A stretch of 20,000 bases of DNA. It comes from an uncultured virus (IMG/VR IMGVR_UViG_2651869816_000009) (lineage: Duplodnaviria > Heunggongvirae > Uroviricota > Caudoviricetes). Positions 7,531 through 16,683 of the stretch are shown one piece after another; the first letter of the stretch is position 1, and each line of letters starts with the position of its first letter. The translations under genes were made by a program, and so were the position numbers. The notes beneath the pieces were generated by a model. The model had not been told where the DNA came from and ran no database searches. It saw only the letters and a program-made list of their open reading frames with translations. The DNA lies in IMG/VR virus record IMGVR_UViG_2651869816_000009. One strand, given 5' to 3'.

Positions 7531-7722
7531 CTATCTCCTCCAGATCGCTTTCTTTTTCTCTGTCATCGTCAAGGGCTTGTCCTCATTATGGTATAACCTT
7601 CTAAACTCTCTAAAAGTCTTCTCCATGTCCCAGGACTCTATTTCCTCTCGCCGTCGCCAACCTAACTTTGATTCTATATATCTTCTCATTCCTTCTACAT
7701 GCCGTTGATCATAGTAATTCAT
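7531..7722 (-). CDS. Hypothetical protein (63 aa)
   Basis: Track ORF; TGATG coupling to the upstream ORF. Confidence 0.65.
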   Translation of the reverse strand: MNYYDQRHVEGMRRYIESKLGWRRREEIESWDMEKTFREFRRLYHNEDKPLTMTEKKKAIWRR

Positions 7723-7871
7723 CAATTCACTTCCCTGTAATGAACCTTGTCACAACGATTGCACTTAAATTTTTGTTCTGTTATGCCGTTGATCGTCAAT
7801 GATCCTTTATAATCCCAATTATGACAACCAAACAAATAATTACATATAAAACGTTTGATACACGCTATCAC
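7722..7871 (-). CDS. Small prophage protein, DUF1660-like (49 aa)
   Basis: GTG start after GGAGGTGG; pattern ICNYLFGCHNW...CNRC resembles the C-x-LFG-H-x-W...CxRC family motif. Confidence 0.55.
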   Translation of the reverse strand: MIACIKRFICNYLFGCHNWDYKGSLTINGITEQKFKCNRCDKVHYREVN

Positions 7872-8011
7872 GCTTCTTCCACCTCCAGTATAGCTAAAGG
7901 TTTATAATTCAAAGCAACATGCATTTCCGCGCTGTGCGCTGTTTTAGCTAGTATTTCAACGCTGTCTTCTCCTTGATCAGTTAAAAAAGTTACCTTCCAT
8001 AATAAATCCAT
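7868..8011 (-). CDS. Small hypothetical protein (47 aa)
   Basis: MDLLWKVTFLTDQGEDSVEI...; TAATG and GTGA coupling at its two ends. Confidence 0.6.
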   Translation of the reverse strand: MDLLWKVTFLTDQGEDSVEILAKTAHSAEMHVALNYKPLAILEVEEA

Positions 8012-8166
8012 TAACGTAACACCTTCTTTGCAAACTCTTTGTTAACTGTATCCATGCGCTTATTTAAACTTCTTACAAGATCACTTAAATTCAATTTACC
8101 TTCCCTATGTTGCTGTAGTAATGATTCCATCATACTAAGTTGACCGTATACTTTATTTTCATTCAC
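8011..8166 (-). CDS. Small hypothetical protein (51 aa)
   Basis: GTG start overlapping the stop of 8163-8762; open until TAA at 8011. Confidence 0.5.
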   Translation of the reverse strand: MNENKVYGQLSMMESLLQQHREGKLNLSDLVRSLNKRMDTVNKEFAKKVLR

Positions 8167-8762
8167 GAATAATCCCACACTTTCGCTTTTTTGTTGTAGA
8201 TCGCCACCACTAATTGAATTCCATACTTCACTTCAAATAAATGCTTTCTCAAACTGAAATCTCGTGGTATGGCCATTTTGCTTCCTTTTACATCAAAGGC
8301 CACTTTTCCGACTCCTGTTATATCGCACACCAGATCAGGCGTGTATGACTTCTTTCTAACCTTCCTTTTCCCAGCCTGGTTAACAATGCTGGCGATCTCG
8401 TACCCGTCTAATAGATGATACGTTTTGTGCAACTCAATATTTGATACGTGTTTTGTATTCGACATCATGATATAAAAGTCGCGTTCTGTCATAGAATCAA
8501 ACTTGTGACCGTCATATTCCACTTTGACAGCATTGACTTTCTTTCTCGGCTTCTTCTTTGTCTTGAACATACCTTCTATGTCATATTCTTTTTTAAGCCA
8601 CTTAACAGCCGTAGCCTTTGTTCCAGCAACGCCCTTTAAAGTTTCGTTTCCGTCCTCGTTTATTATGTAATATCTATAGGACAACACGTTTTTCTTAATG
8701 CACTCTCTCACCTCAAAGGTAAGAGAGCCCGTTTTATTCATCCAAACTTTATTCAATCTCAT
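8163..8762 (-). CDS. DUF1064-family PD-(D/E)xK nuclease (putative Holliday junction resolvase) with N-terminal extension
   Basis: YDGHKFDSxxExxFY, YTPDL, DVKG and FSLRKHLF motifs. Confidence 0.8.
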   Translation of the reverse strand: MRLNKVWMNKTGSLTFEVRECIKKNVLSYRYYIINEDGNETLKGVAGTKATAVKWLKKEYDIEGMFKTKKKPRKKVNAVKVEYDGHKFDSMTERDFYIMMSNTKHVSNIELHKTYHLLDGYEIASIVNQAGKRKVRKKSYTPDLVCDITGVGKVAFDVKGSKMAIPRDFSLRKHLFEVKYGIQLVVAIYNKKAKVWDYS

Positions 8763-8901
8763 TTAACGCGCGCTCCTTTATTTCTTCAGCTATCGCGCCC
8801 ATTCTGTCATGATCCATTTCTTCATACGGCGCATGTTTTAATCTCCATAATTCAAACTCTAATTCTACGATGGTTTTATCTTTAATATCTTTATTCGCCA
8901 T
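8749..8901 (-). CDS. Small hypothetical protein (50 aa)
   Basis: MANKDIKDKTIVELEFELWRLK...; overlaps both neighbours; AAAGGA SD. Confidence 0.55.
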   Translation of the reverse strand: MANKDIKDKTIVELEFELWRLKHAPYEEMDHDRMGAIAEEIKERALNEIE

Positions 8902-9019
8902 CTTTCATGATCCTTTCAGCCTTTTCTAGCAAGATCATACCGCCAGCAACTACAGGCGTAATAACCGCGGTTGAAACAACTAAGTAATAAACGAATTCAC
9001 CTAATAAATATGTCATCAT
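8891..9019 (-). CDS. Small membrane protein (42 aa)
   Basis: MMTYLLGEFVYYLVVSTAVITPVVAGGMILLEK...; GGAGG SD; ATGA coupling. Confidence 0.6.
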   Translation of the reverse strand: MMTYLLGEFVYYLVVSTAVITPVVAGGMILLEKAERIMKDGE

Positions 9020-9249
9020 GCTTCTTCCTCCTTGATCCATTCTCCATTGATTCTTAATAGCTTAGTATTTTCATAAATACCTTCTAAATCTTTTCTTCTA
9101 TTCACATTGTTTTCAGCGATCCTTTCAACTGTTTCGCGAGCACGCCTTACAAGATCAATGTATTCCAGTTCCAATCTTTCGTTTTGTTTTTCGTAGTTTT
9201 CAACTTCTCTTTTGGTAACTACAATTCTAGCTTCTGGCCACTTTTTCAT
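9016..9249 (-). CDS. Hypothetical coiled-coil protein (77 aa)
   Basis: Track ORF; coupled overlaps on both sides. Confidence 0.7.
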   Translation of the reverse strand: MKKWPEARIVVTKREVENYEKQNERLELEYIDLVRRARETVERIAENNVNRRKDLEGIYENTKLLRINGEWIKEEEA

Positions 9250-9458
9250 ATCGCCCTTTCCTCCCTCATGATCTCGAACAACTTATCTTCTTCTTGCTTG
9301 ATGAATTTGTTTTGTTCGTCCAACTCTCTTTCTAGCTTCTTTAACGCTACAGCCGTGCATCCTCCTTGCTTTTTGCTTCTGATCCTCCATTCTTGATTGG
9401 ATCGGATCGCATACCATTCTCCAAGGTTTCTGATCAATGTTTCTTTCACTTGTAACAA
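9246..9458 (-). CDS. Hypothetical protein (~67-70 aa)
   Basis: Track ORF; the start may be GTG 9449 overlapping the upstream stop. Confidence 0.65.
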   Translation of the reverse strand: MLQVKETLIRNLGEWYAIRSNQEWRIRSKKQGGCTAVALKKLERELDEQNKFIKQEEDKLFEIMREERAI

Positions 9459-9646
9459 CCCCTTTTTATCATTTCATTAACAATAAGTTTATTCCATTTT
9501 CCAGAATTGTTTAATAGATATGGATTTACAGCCGTTGAACAATCGTTAAATTTAATCTTTCCGTACTGTAGCAAAGATTCAATAACAATTATAAGCGACA
9601 TAACTCTATCGTTCTTAGCTTCCATATACATTTCTTTTACCGTCAT
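9446..9646 (-). CDS. Hypothetical protein (66 aa)
   Basis: ATGA overlap with the helicase stop. Confidence 0.7.
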   Translation of the reverse strand: MTVKEMYMEAKNDRVMSLIIVIESLLQYGKIKFNDCSTAVNPYLLNNSGKWNKLIVNEMIKRGCYK

Positions 9647-10977
9647 TCCTTTTCGACCTCTATAAACCTATTTGTCGGCCCGTGGAAAATCATGTTGTAT
9701 GTACCTGGCTGTGATTGTCTCGCTTTAGCAACTATTATTTCAACGTCCTGGAATTCGTTTTTTCGCGCTTCTGGATCATAATAGTCTTCTCTATGCGGGA
9801 ATATAATTACATCGGCCACCTGTTCAATTTCACCCGTTTCGCGAATGTCAGACATTGCGGGCCTTTTGTCTTCCCTGTTTGTATTGCCACGGTTTAACTG
9901 TACTAATAGAATGATAGGCACTTTCAAACGAACGGCCAACTCTTTCAACTCTCGTACAATGTGCGCAAACCTTGTTTTATCTTCATTCATGCCCTCACCT
10001 TCTACTTTAACGTGTGATATGTGGTCAATCATGAATACACATTTTTTAGTAGGGTTTTCTTTAACGGTTTTTCTGATCTCAGCTTTGATCAAACGCAAAT
10101 CTTTTTCTTCGCTGATCTCTAAAGGCATATTACTTAATTCACCAACAGCGACAGTATATTTCGCATAAGATTCTCCTGGTTTGCCTGTTCGCCTATCAAG
10201 TATAGGGAAAAACTTGTTAGGGTTTCGCATTGATCCGACAGGAAGGTGTGATTGACCAGCGATCCAACGATCAATACACTGGAATCCTGGCATTTCACAA
10301 CTGAAATACTTCCCGTGGTACTCGTTTTCTAAATCCCTTGACGCTCCATTTCTCATACTATCGAGTGTCAGGGCCGTTTTACCCATACCAGGACGACCAC
10401 CAACAATGATCAAGTCGCCGTCTTGCCAACCGTCTGTAAAGTTGTTCATTCCGTCCCAGCCAGTATCGACACCGCTTATACCTTCACTTTTCATATTAGC
10501 GTGTGTATTAACCCTATTGGAAAGCATATCCTGGAAAGTTTCTCTGTTCACAACCTTTTCTTCACTAATCTTTGTAACGTTGTTTAGAAGTGTTTCTGAC
10601 GCGTGTGAACTGTTCCTATCTTCAGTAGCCTTTAAAAACTCTGACGCATGTTTTCTCATTTCCTCTACTTCGATAAAATCAAACATTTTCTTTTCATAGA
10701 AACTAAAGTTTGACTTGTTTGATCCGTATGACATAACACTCATTAAATGATCCATGTCCAATTGACTATGATCAATAATCATTTTAGGGCTTACATCTAT
10801 TTCTTTATCAGATAATTTACAGATAGTTTCGAATAACTCTCTATTCTTTGCTGATAAAAAGTGTTTTTTAGAAAGCCTACATTCATCTATCAATGTATTA
10901 TCTTCAATCATTGCTTCCAGTACACTTATTTCCATTTCTGTATGGTTGTTGTATTTCGCTAATGCATTATTACCCAT
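9643..10977 (-). CDS. dnaB: Replicative DNA helicase, DnaB family
   Basis: Walker A GGRPGMGKT, FSCEM, IDHI, QLNR...RP.MSDIRETGEIEQVAD and KAR motifs. Confidence 0.95.
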   Translation of the reverse strand: MGNNALAKYNNHTEMEISVLEAMIEDNTLIDECRLSKKHFLSAKNRELFETICKLSDKEIDVSPKMIIDHSQLDMDHLMSVMSYGSNKSNFSFYEKKMFDFIEVEEMRKHASEFLKATEDRNSSHASETLLNNVTKISEEKVVNRETFQDMLSNRVNTHANMKSEGISGVDTGWDGMNNFTDGWQDGDLIIVGGRPGMGKTALTLDSMRNGASRDLENEYHGKYFSCEMPGFQCIDRWIAGQSHLPVGSMRNPNKFFPILDRRTGKPGESYAKYTVAVGELSNMPLEISEEKDLRLIKAEIRKTVKENPTKKCVFMIDHISHVKVEGEGMNEDKTRFAHIVRELKELAVRLKVPIILLVQLNRGNTNREDKRPAMSDIRETGEIEQVADVIIFPHREDYYDPEARKNEFQDVEIIVAKARQSQPGTYNMIFHGPTNRFIEVEKE

Positions 10978-11014
10978 TGTTGTAATCTCCTTTCTAATAG
11001 ATCGCTAGACGCTT

Positions 11015-11215
11015 TTAAAAGCGCCTTTCGTTTCTGTAGTTACAAGCGTCTACATCTGTATTGATCCTTGTAATGTCTAGCACCAGGCCAACAAATAAGA
11101 AATTCAATGTAAACATTTTAACTAATCCTGTAGCCCACTGGCCCACATAAAACTTATGCGCTCCAAATGTTCCAAATAATGCCCATAAAATCCACGCTGT
11201 ACTTTTCTTTTTCAT
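11015..11215 (-). CDS. TM2-domain membrane protein
   Basis: KKKSTAWILWALFGTFGAHKFYVGQ matches the TM2 signature. Confidence 0.85.
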   Translation of the reverse strand: MKKKSTAWILWALFGTFGAHKFYVGQWATGLVKMFTLNFLFVGLVLDITRINTDVDACNYRNERRF

Positions 11216-11346
11216 AATTCGTTACCTCCGATTGTATGTATATATCAATACTTATTGTTAAATAGTGTGTATATACATGTCAACCGAACTTTAAAATTAC
11301 CGATATTTCAGTTTTTTGATTCTCTCTTTGTTTAATAGAACAGGAT

Positions 11347-11451
11347 TTATAGGTATGTAATACAGTAACTCATGATGTATACAACCATGAAACAAAACGC
11401 TATTATACCAGATGCCGTCACAAACGCTTCTTTTGCTTCAGCTTTATTCAT
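11347..11451 (-). CDS. Small membrane peptide (34 aa)
   Basis: GGAGGT SD; MNKAEAKEAFVTASGIIAFCFMVVYIMSYCITYL. Confidence 0.6.
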   Translation of the reverse strand: MNKAEAKEAFVTASGIIAFCFMVVYIMSYCITYL

Positions 11452-11590
11452 TGTCAATAACCTCCTGTATGTCTATTACCCTTTCATAAGTACAAGCTAA
11501 CATTTCACATTCGATGTATAAATCACCATCAAGTCTAGCGTTTATAAGACCTCCACACTCTGGGCATGTATTTTCAGTTGTTTCCCACAT
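11444..11590 (-). CDS. Small zinc-ribbon protein (48 aa)
   Basis: GGAGG SD; CPECGG...CEMLAC. Confidence 0.65.
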   Translation of the reverse strand: MWETTENTCPECGGLINARLDGDLYIECEMLACTYERVIDIQEVIDNE

Positions 11591-11591
11591 A

Positions 11592-11798
11592 TCAATAACC
11601 CTCCATTCGTTTTAAACATGTTTCTGGGCTTGTTCTCATTGTGTTTTCATCAAGACGCCACTCTACCATGTTTATAACTCGGCTCGGCCCTGTTGCATAA
11701 TTCTGGATTGTTTGGAAACGTCTTATAACAGTACCTTCCTTTTGATCGTAAATGTTGCGCACCTTATCACCGTTATTAAACTTGAATTTATTAAACAT
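11592..11798 (-). CDS. Hypothetical SH3-like small protein
   Basis: KFNNGDKVR...EGTV...VEW pattern; GGAGGTGA SD. Confidence 0.7.
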   Translation of the reverse strand: MFNKFKFNNGDKVRNIYDQKEGTVIRRFQTIQNYATGPSRVINMVEWRLDENTMRTSPETCLKRMEGY

Positions 11799-12072
11799 TC
11801 GCCGTCACCTCCAGATCGCACGGCATGCATAGCGGGCCATCTTCGTATGATTCACAATGACACTTGATACATTCTTTCGGTACATCCTGGTGTGAAATAA
11901 TGCTGTATTTCATGTTTTCTGGCACATTAACTCTTTCGAACTGTTTATCTAGCATGATGCACCAATCAATAAATCCGTAGATACAAGCAACGCTTTTCGC
12001 GTCACTCATATCATAATATGTATTTTTACCTGTTAATAGGTCGCGTTGTTTAATGAAAATTTCTTCTCTCAT
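11791..12072 (-). CDS. Hypothetical protein with C-terminal CxxC..CxxC
   Basis: GGAGGT SD; first gene after the internal promoter. Confidence 0.7.
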   Translation of the reverse strand: MREEIFIKQRDLLTGKNTYYDMSDAKSVACIYGFIDWCIMLDKQFERVNVPENMKYSIISHQDVPKECIKCHCESYEDGPLCMPCDLEVTANV

Positions 12073-12174
12073 TACTTCGTACCTCCAATTAATTGTTTAA
12101 TAGTTTTGGATAACAGCTTTTCTTCGTCCATAACTGTTACAACCTTTGATGGCCGTGTCCCTTTGACACTTATT

Positions 12175-12203
12175 ACTTTACAACTATTTTTATATTTTGT
12201 AAA
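12175..12203 (-). promoter_or_regulatory. Internal sigmaA-type promoter
   Basis: TTTACA-17 nt-TAAAGT in an intergenic gap; flanked by two copies of the 18-bp motif (12094, 12219). Confidence 0.6.
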
Positions 12204-12240
12204 GATTTATTTATAAATTGTTTAATAAAATTGGATAATG

Positions 12241-12915
12241 TTATTCTCCTTTCCAATTTCTCATGTAGTTTATAGCTTCTTCAAAGTCTTTTTCTAGAAT
12301 ATCTTTATAACTAGCAACCCCGTAACGATCCTTCAAACGTCTGTGCGCTTTCGAGAATAGCTGTCTTTTAGTAAAACGACCGTGACTAGTTCCGTTGTTC
12401 CATAAGTGGCGCACCGTGGCTTCTACAGTGTTTTGCATAATTCTCTGTTGTTGATAGTCAATGGTGATCTTTGTTTCTATCTTTGTTTCCAGGACGTCCA
12501 CACGCTCATTAAGTTCTATAGCACCGCGCATAAGTAGTTGCTGAATTTCACCTATAGCCGTTTTCGGTTGCTCCTGTTGCTGGCTCTTGATGTATTCTTC
12601 CATTTTGTTAAACTCCGAAATATATTTAAGTTTGAATTCCAGGGCCTTTTTACCAGTGAAGCCCATAACCAACATTGTGAAACCTTCTTTAGTTAAATTG
12701 AATTTAGGATACCATTGTTTATTTTGTTCATGCTGGTAAGGGGTCTCCTCAAAATATTGCACACCCTTTTCACCTATTTCTTTCATGCTCTCAATGATAT
12801 TTACGATATCACGAAAAACATTATCATGACGCTTTCCGAATACTTCAGCCACCGTTAAACTATCTGTTACTACCTCATTGTTATTGTTTACGAATACTAA
12901 TTGTGCGTTTGTCAT
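12241..12915 (-). CDS. Rha-family phage regulatory/antirepressor protein with ORF6C-like C-terminal domain
   Basis: VTDSLTVAEVFGKRHDNVFRDI and MGFTGKKALEFKLKYISEFNKME motifs; C-terminal YGVASYKDI..KDFEEAINY..NW. Confidence 0.9.
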   Translation of the reverse strand: MTNAQLVFVNNNNEVVTDSLTVAEVFGKRHDNVFRDIVNIIESMKEIGEKGVQYFEETPYQHEQNKQWYPKFNLTKEGFTMLVMGFTGKKALEFKLKYISEFNKMEEYIKSQQQEQPKTAIGEIQQLLMRGAIELNERVDVLETKIETKITIDYQQQRIMQNTVEATVRHLWNNGTSHGRFTKRQLFSKAHRRLKDRYGVASYKDILEKDFEEAINYMRNWKGE

Positions 12916-12976
12916 AATAAAATCTCTCCATTCAATGTTTATTTTTGTTTAATAATTCTGGATAATTTAATGAATT

Positions 12977-13831
12977 TTAGAAAGGTAATACAATATCTTC
13001 AGATTTAGGACGTTCTTTTTTTACTTCGTCCATACGTCTGTATTCAAGGTATCTTTCATCGTTTAGAAACCCTTCTGGATACTTAATGTACTTTTGGTCT
13101 GTACCTTTAGTTAAACACTCTTTAGCGTACTGTATGACACCGTAAAGTATAACGTCATGATTATGGTGTTTATTCTCTACAGCATTTTTATATATTGTAT
13201 AACATTTAGGTTTGTTTCTCTTTTTAGGATAGTGTTTCCATACTTCTTCAAACTCTGGAGAATATACTATTTTGTTATTCTTCTTCGGAACTTCCACAGC
13301 GTCAGCGACCTTCTTTGTTGTAGTCTCTGGTATTCTCTGTGTAGTCTCTGGTATTCTCTGTGTAGTCTCTGGTATTGTTAGTGTCATATTGACACGTTGC
13401 ATTGATTCATTTTGATGCTTTGGATCGGGCCATTCTGACACGTTGCATTGATTCATTTTGACACTTTCCATTGATTCATTTTGACACGATGCATAGGTTA
13501 AACGTTCGTAGTCGATCGAATACCATTTTGTGCGATCAAAACCCTTTTTATTATAGTTGCCTGTCAATAAGTAACCTTCCTTTTCTAGCTTATTAAACAT
13601 TCTTTTCATAGTGCTTAGTGACCACCAGGAAAACTGATCATTCCATTTCTCGGCTGTATTATAAACCCACACACGGCCGTCATAATTATGATTGCTTTTT
13701 TCTAGCCAATAGTGTATTTGTTGCAACACTATAGCTTCATTTAGACCGATCTGTTTTGCTAATGCTGGTTTAAAGATCATTGTATCGGTTGAACTTAATA
13801 AGTTTGTTTGCATCGTTGTTGCGCCCTCCAT
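12977..13831 (-). CDS. Phage replication initiator (N-terminal wHTH, C-terminal DnaD-like/replisome organiser domain)
   Basis: LAKQIGLNEAIVLQQIHYW...WVYNT...DRTKWYSIDY; internal iterons; FEEVWKHYPKK...KYP.GFLN..RY. Confidence 0.88.
   Translation of the reverse strand: MEGATTMQTNLLSSTDTMIFKPALAKQIGLNEAIVLQQIHYWLEKSNHNYDGRVWVYNTAEKWNDQFSWWSLSTMKRMFNKLEKEGYLLTGNYNKKGFDRTKWYSIDYERLTYASCQNESMESVKMNQCNVSEWPDPKHQNESMQRVNMTLTIPETTQRIPETTQRIPETTTKKVADAVEVPKKNNKIVYSPEFEEVWKHYPKKRNKPKCYTIYKNAVENKHHNHDVILYGVIQYAKECLTKGTDQKYIKYPEGFLNDERYLEYRRMDEVKKERPKSEDIVLPF
13319..13500. repeat. Phage replication origin: iterons inside the initiator gene
   Basis: About 2.8 copies of the 21-bp TGTAGTCTCTGGTATTCTCTG (13319, 13340, 13361) and five 23-bp-period units of consensus TGACACGTTGCATTGATTCATTT (13390, 13413 degenerate, 13436, 13459, 13482 partial). 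Confidence 0.8.
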
Positions 13832-14418
13832 TAAATAGGTTTAACAGTTTTATAGATTTTATAACCTTCTCTTTTCTTGCTGTTCTTCCCTTTGTTGTTA
13901 CCTTTGACGAATGTTAAATACCCGTCTTTGTTTAGTCTAACTAACATTTTTCTTATACCAGATTCCGAGATAGTTTCATTGCATTCTTCAGCTATTATTT
14001 CCACCAATTCAGATTCATGTAAATCTATCGTTTCCGATCCGAACAACCTAACCAACATGTTATGAACATATTTCAGTTTGATTCCATCATTTATTAAATA
14101 ATCATGTTCAATAAATTTGTCTGGTTCGTGATATTCTTTGTTAATCTCAAACACTGGCTTGATCCTTTTTGCTCCATTACCTTTGTAAAACTTTCCGTAA
14201 CCATACATTTCTAATGATCTAATTGTATTCAGTAAATGCAACCTGTTCTTCATGAATCCATTTTCTACTTCTGGGAACATTTCGCCGTATACTATTTCTA
14301 TCTTTCTACTATCTTGTTTAATTGCGATCTCCTGGAATCTTTGTAATAAAATAGCTGTACTAATGTTATATGTTTCGTTTGCTACTTCTGTACTAAACCA
14401 TAATTTGTTGTTATTCAT
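13831..14418 (-). CDS. Hypothetical protein, probable tandem winged-HTH
   Basis: SESGIRKMLVRLNKDGYL wHTH-like pattern; N-terminus resembles the initiator N-terminus. Confidence 0.7.
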   Translation of the reverse strand: MNNNKLWFSTEVANETYNISTAILLQRFQEIAIKQDSRKIEIVYGEMFPEVENGFMKNRLHLLNTIRSLEMYGYGKFYKGNGAKRIKPVFEINKEYHEPDKFIEHDYLINDGIKLKYVHNMLVRLFGSETIDLHESELVEIIAEECNETISESGIRKMLVRLNKDGYLTFVKGNNKGKNSKKREGYKIYKTVKPI

Positions 14419-14420
14419 AA

Positions 14421-14954
14421 TTACTTATCTCCTTTGTATTTGTATCTAATTTGCTTCCCGTTTCCTTTACCTACTCCAGTGCGTTCATTATCCCTTCTTC
14501 TTTCAAGAATTCCTTTCCTTACCATTCCATTTAACATAACGTTTCCAGTGTCTTTGTTGAAAATTCCAGATGTTTCATACATGAATTTGTTTGTTGCCCA
14601 ACCGCCGTGATCTTCCAGAATTGTGCGGGCCAAAAACATTTTTGGATTAAATCGTTTATCACCAGGTTTAATATAGAAATATTGATCGGCTGTTTTAACC
14701 TTCTTTTTAAGCTGTACAATTTGAGTGTTACCGCGTTTCTTCGTCTCCAGGTAACCAAAACTTACTAACTCCCTAAACGCTTCTTTCATAGTTTCATAAG
14801 ATAACTGTAATTCTTCGATAGCTTCATCAATATCAAATGTAACAACTTTATTTTCTTCTAAGAATGAAATGTCATTCACATACTCCAGGATAACCGCTGG
14901 CGTCATTCCGAGTTTATTCGCGTGTTCAATATTGAAATGAATAATTTTGTTCAT
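14421..14954 (-). CDS. Hypothetical protein, probable tandem winged-HTH
   Basis: LQLSYETMKEAFRELVSFGYL and LNGMVRKGILER wHTH-like patterns. Confidence 0.7.
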   Translation of the reverse strand: MNKIIHFNIEHANKLGMTPAVILEYVNDISFLEENKVVTFDIDEAIEELQLSYETMKEAFRELVSFGYLETKKRGNTQIVQLKKKVKTADQYFYIKPGDKRFNPKMFLARTILEDHGGWATNKFMYETSGIFNKDTGNVMLNGMVRKGILERRRDNERTGVGKGNGKQIRYKYKGDK

Positions 14955-14982
14955 TGTTATTATCTCCCTTTGTTTAATAGAA

Positions 14983-15297
14983 TTAGATTCTTTTCATTAA
15001 TGCTTCGAAATACATATTCTCTTTGAATGCTAATGTATCTCTGTAAGGCCTTCTTAAACTCCCTGGTTCTTGCCGTGTGCATGACTTTGGCCTTTCTTCA
15101 TCATCTACTTCTACAACCATATAGATCGGCTCTACAAAGTCATAACCACGGTTTAAAAGTTCGTCAGTTTGATCTATCAAAGTAAATAGATTGTATGACT
15201 TCTTTGCGAATGGTTTTGTTTTGTCGCTTTCCTTACCAAAAGAGAAGTTATTTCTTAAACGTTTGCGCGTTATTACCTTCATGTACTTTAGGTTCAT
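14983..15297 (-). CDS. Hypothetical protein (104 aa)
   Basis: Track ORF; GGGAG SD; in operon. Confidence 0.7.
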   Translation of the reverse strand: MNLKYMKVITRKRLRNNFSFGKESDKTKPFAKKSYNLFTLIDQTDELLNRGYDFVEPIYMVVEVDDEERPKSCTRQEPGSLRRPYRDTLAFKENMYFEALMKRI

Positions 15298-15301
15298 TTG
15301 T

Positions 15302-15997
15302 TTATGCTCCCTGTTCCTCTAGTATTTTTTTAGCTTGTTCTAATAGACTAGGATCATTAGTGTAGCTGGTCCAGCCGACAATACGTTTTGAAAGTGATCC
15401 GTCAATTGCTTTAACATCACAATTCTTTTGTTTTGCTAGTGCGAATTTTTTAGCCGTTACAATCTTCTTCAATTTATCAACTTCATTATTTCTTGATCCC
15501 TGGTTTGTCTTTTCAGCTAAAGTTTTTGGGCCACCTTCAGCACCTTCTGGAATATCTTCGCCAGCGTATACATATAACCCCAGGCCGTGTAACGCGATAG
15601 CTTTAACTAAACAACGTTTCTGGTTTTTGTTTATTTCGAACGCGTTCGGATTTGCTATAGGTTTGTTTCTATGATCCAATACAGGTAACATTTCCGTTTC
15701 TGTGTGACCGTGGATCGTCACCGATACTTGAACAAAGAAACCGTTAGGCGTTTTTAAATATGGCACTTGAACATCAATATTTCCTTCATACGGGAAGTAA
15801 TGAACGTGTTGTTTGGCCCGTGGATCAATTTTCTTTGTTTCAGCCCAGGCCCAGGCCCACGAAAGATAAGATAAACCGTTTTTCTTTTCTAACTTATCGT
15901 TTACATTAAGGGCAAACATTCGCTTAAAATGATTTACTTCTTCTTCAGTAACTTCAATTTGATCTGGCGCAACTTCAGTATTTTTAGTTTCTGTCAT
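15302..15997 (-). CDS. Single-strand annealing protein, Sak3/DUF1071 family
   Basis: EKKNGLSYLSWAWAW, LPVLDHRNKPI and QKRCLVKAIALHGLGLYVYAGED motifs. Confidence 0.9.
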   Translation of the reverse strand: MTETKNTEVAPDQIEVTEEEVNHFKRMFALNVNDKLEKKNGLSYLSWAWAWAETKKIDPRAKQHVHYFPYEGNIDVQVPYLKTPNGFFVQVSVTIHGHTETEMLPVLDHRNKPIANPNAFEINKNQKRCLVKAIALHGLGLYVYAGEDIPEGAEGGPKTLAEKTNQGSRNNEVDKLKKIVTAKKFALAKQKNCDVKAIDGSLSKRIVGWTSYTNDPSLLEQAKKILEEQGA

Positions 15998-16187
15998 TCT
16001 TCTTTTCCTCCAGTTTGATCTTTTTATTCATATCATGAATACATGCCATTAACCATTTTATTTCCTTGTTTATCGCTATGCTTGCAAGGTTTGTGTACCT
16101 TGTTTCTAGTTTAGGTAATGCAACTAATTCTTTTAAGCCGTCCATACATTGTTGGCGGTCTTCTTTTACAGCTTCTAAATACGTCAT
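15984..16187 (-). CDS. Hypothetical protein (67 aa)
   Basis: GGGGTGA SD; in operon. Confidence 0.65.
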   Translation of the reverse strand: MTYLEAVKEDRQQCMDGLKELVALPKLETRYTNLASIAINKEIKWLMACIHDMNKKIKLEEKKNDRN

Positions 16188-16197
16188 ATGATCACCC

Positions 16198-16683
16198 CTA
16201 TTTGATTGATAATGATTTCGTTCTATGAGTTGTTACGCCCTCTACAATAATTCCTTTTTGTACCGCTTTTAATAGATTCGTTTTGTCTAACGATGGTTTA
16301 CCAGGTTTGTAATACATTTCTGGAATAAATGCTTCTGAATGCACCAGCAACGATTCTTTGTTATTTCTAATGCTGATTGTCATTAGATCGGTTTCAATCT
16401 TTTTATTATCAGTTGCTTCCATGCTATCCATTAAGTATTGTTTTAAGCGTGTAACAGCCTTTTCAGTTTTCTTTCTACGTTCAGCAAGGCGCACTTCTTC
16501 AGCTTTGATAACTTCACACATGTTTTCCATGTTCTTGATTACATGAACGATTCCCAGGGCCTTTTGCTCAATCGCTTCGTCCAGCGCTTCTAATGTATCT
16601 GTAAACATTTCCTGGTTGTCTTCTGTAATATGTTGCTGTAATTCAAGGTAACTTCCTGTTAATGAATATAATGATGTTGTCAT
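16198..16683 (-). CDS. Siphovirus Gp157 family protein
   Basis: SLYSLT...DTLEAL...EQKA...IKAEEVRLAERRK...LKQYL and C-terminal SLSIK. Confidence 0.9.
   Translation of the reverse strand: MTTSLYSLTGSYLELQQHITEDNQEMFTDTLEALDEAIEQKALGIVHVIKNMENMCEVIKAEEVRLAERRKKTEKAVTRLKQYLMDSMEATDNKKIETDLMTISIRNNKESLLVHSEAFIPEMYYKPGKPSLDKTNLLKAVQKGIIVEGVTTHRTKSLSIK

Noticed and set aside
13319..13500. Repeats read as a CRISPR array
   Set aside because: Tandem without unique spacers, located inside the initiator gene, no cas genes; typical phage origin iterons.
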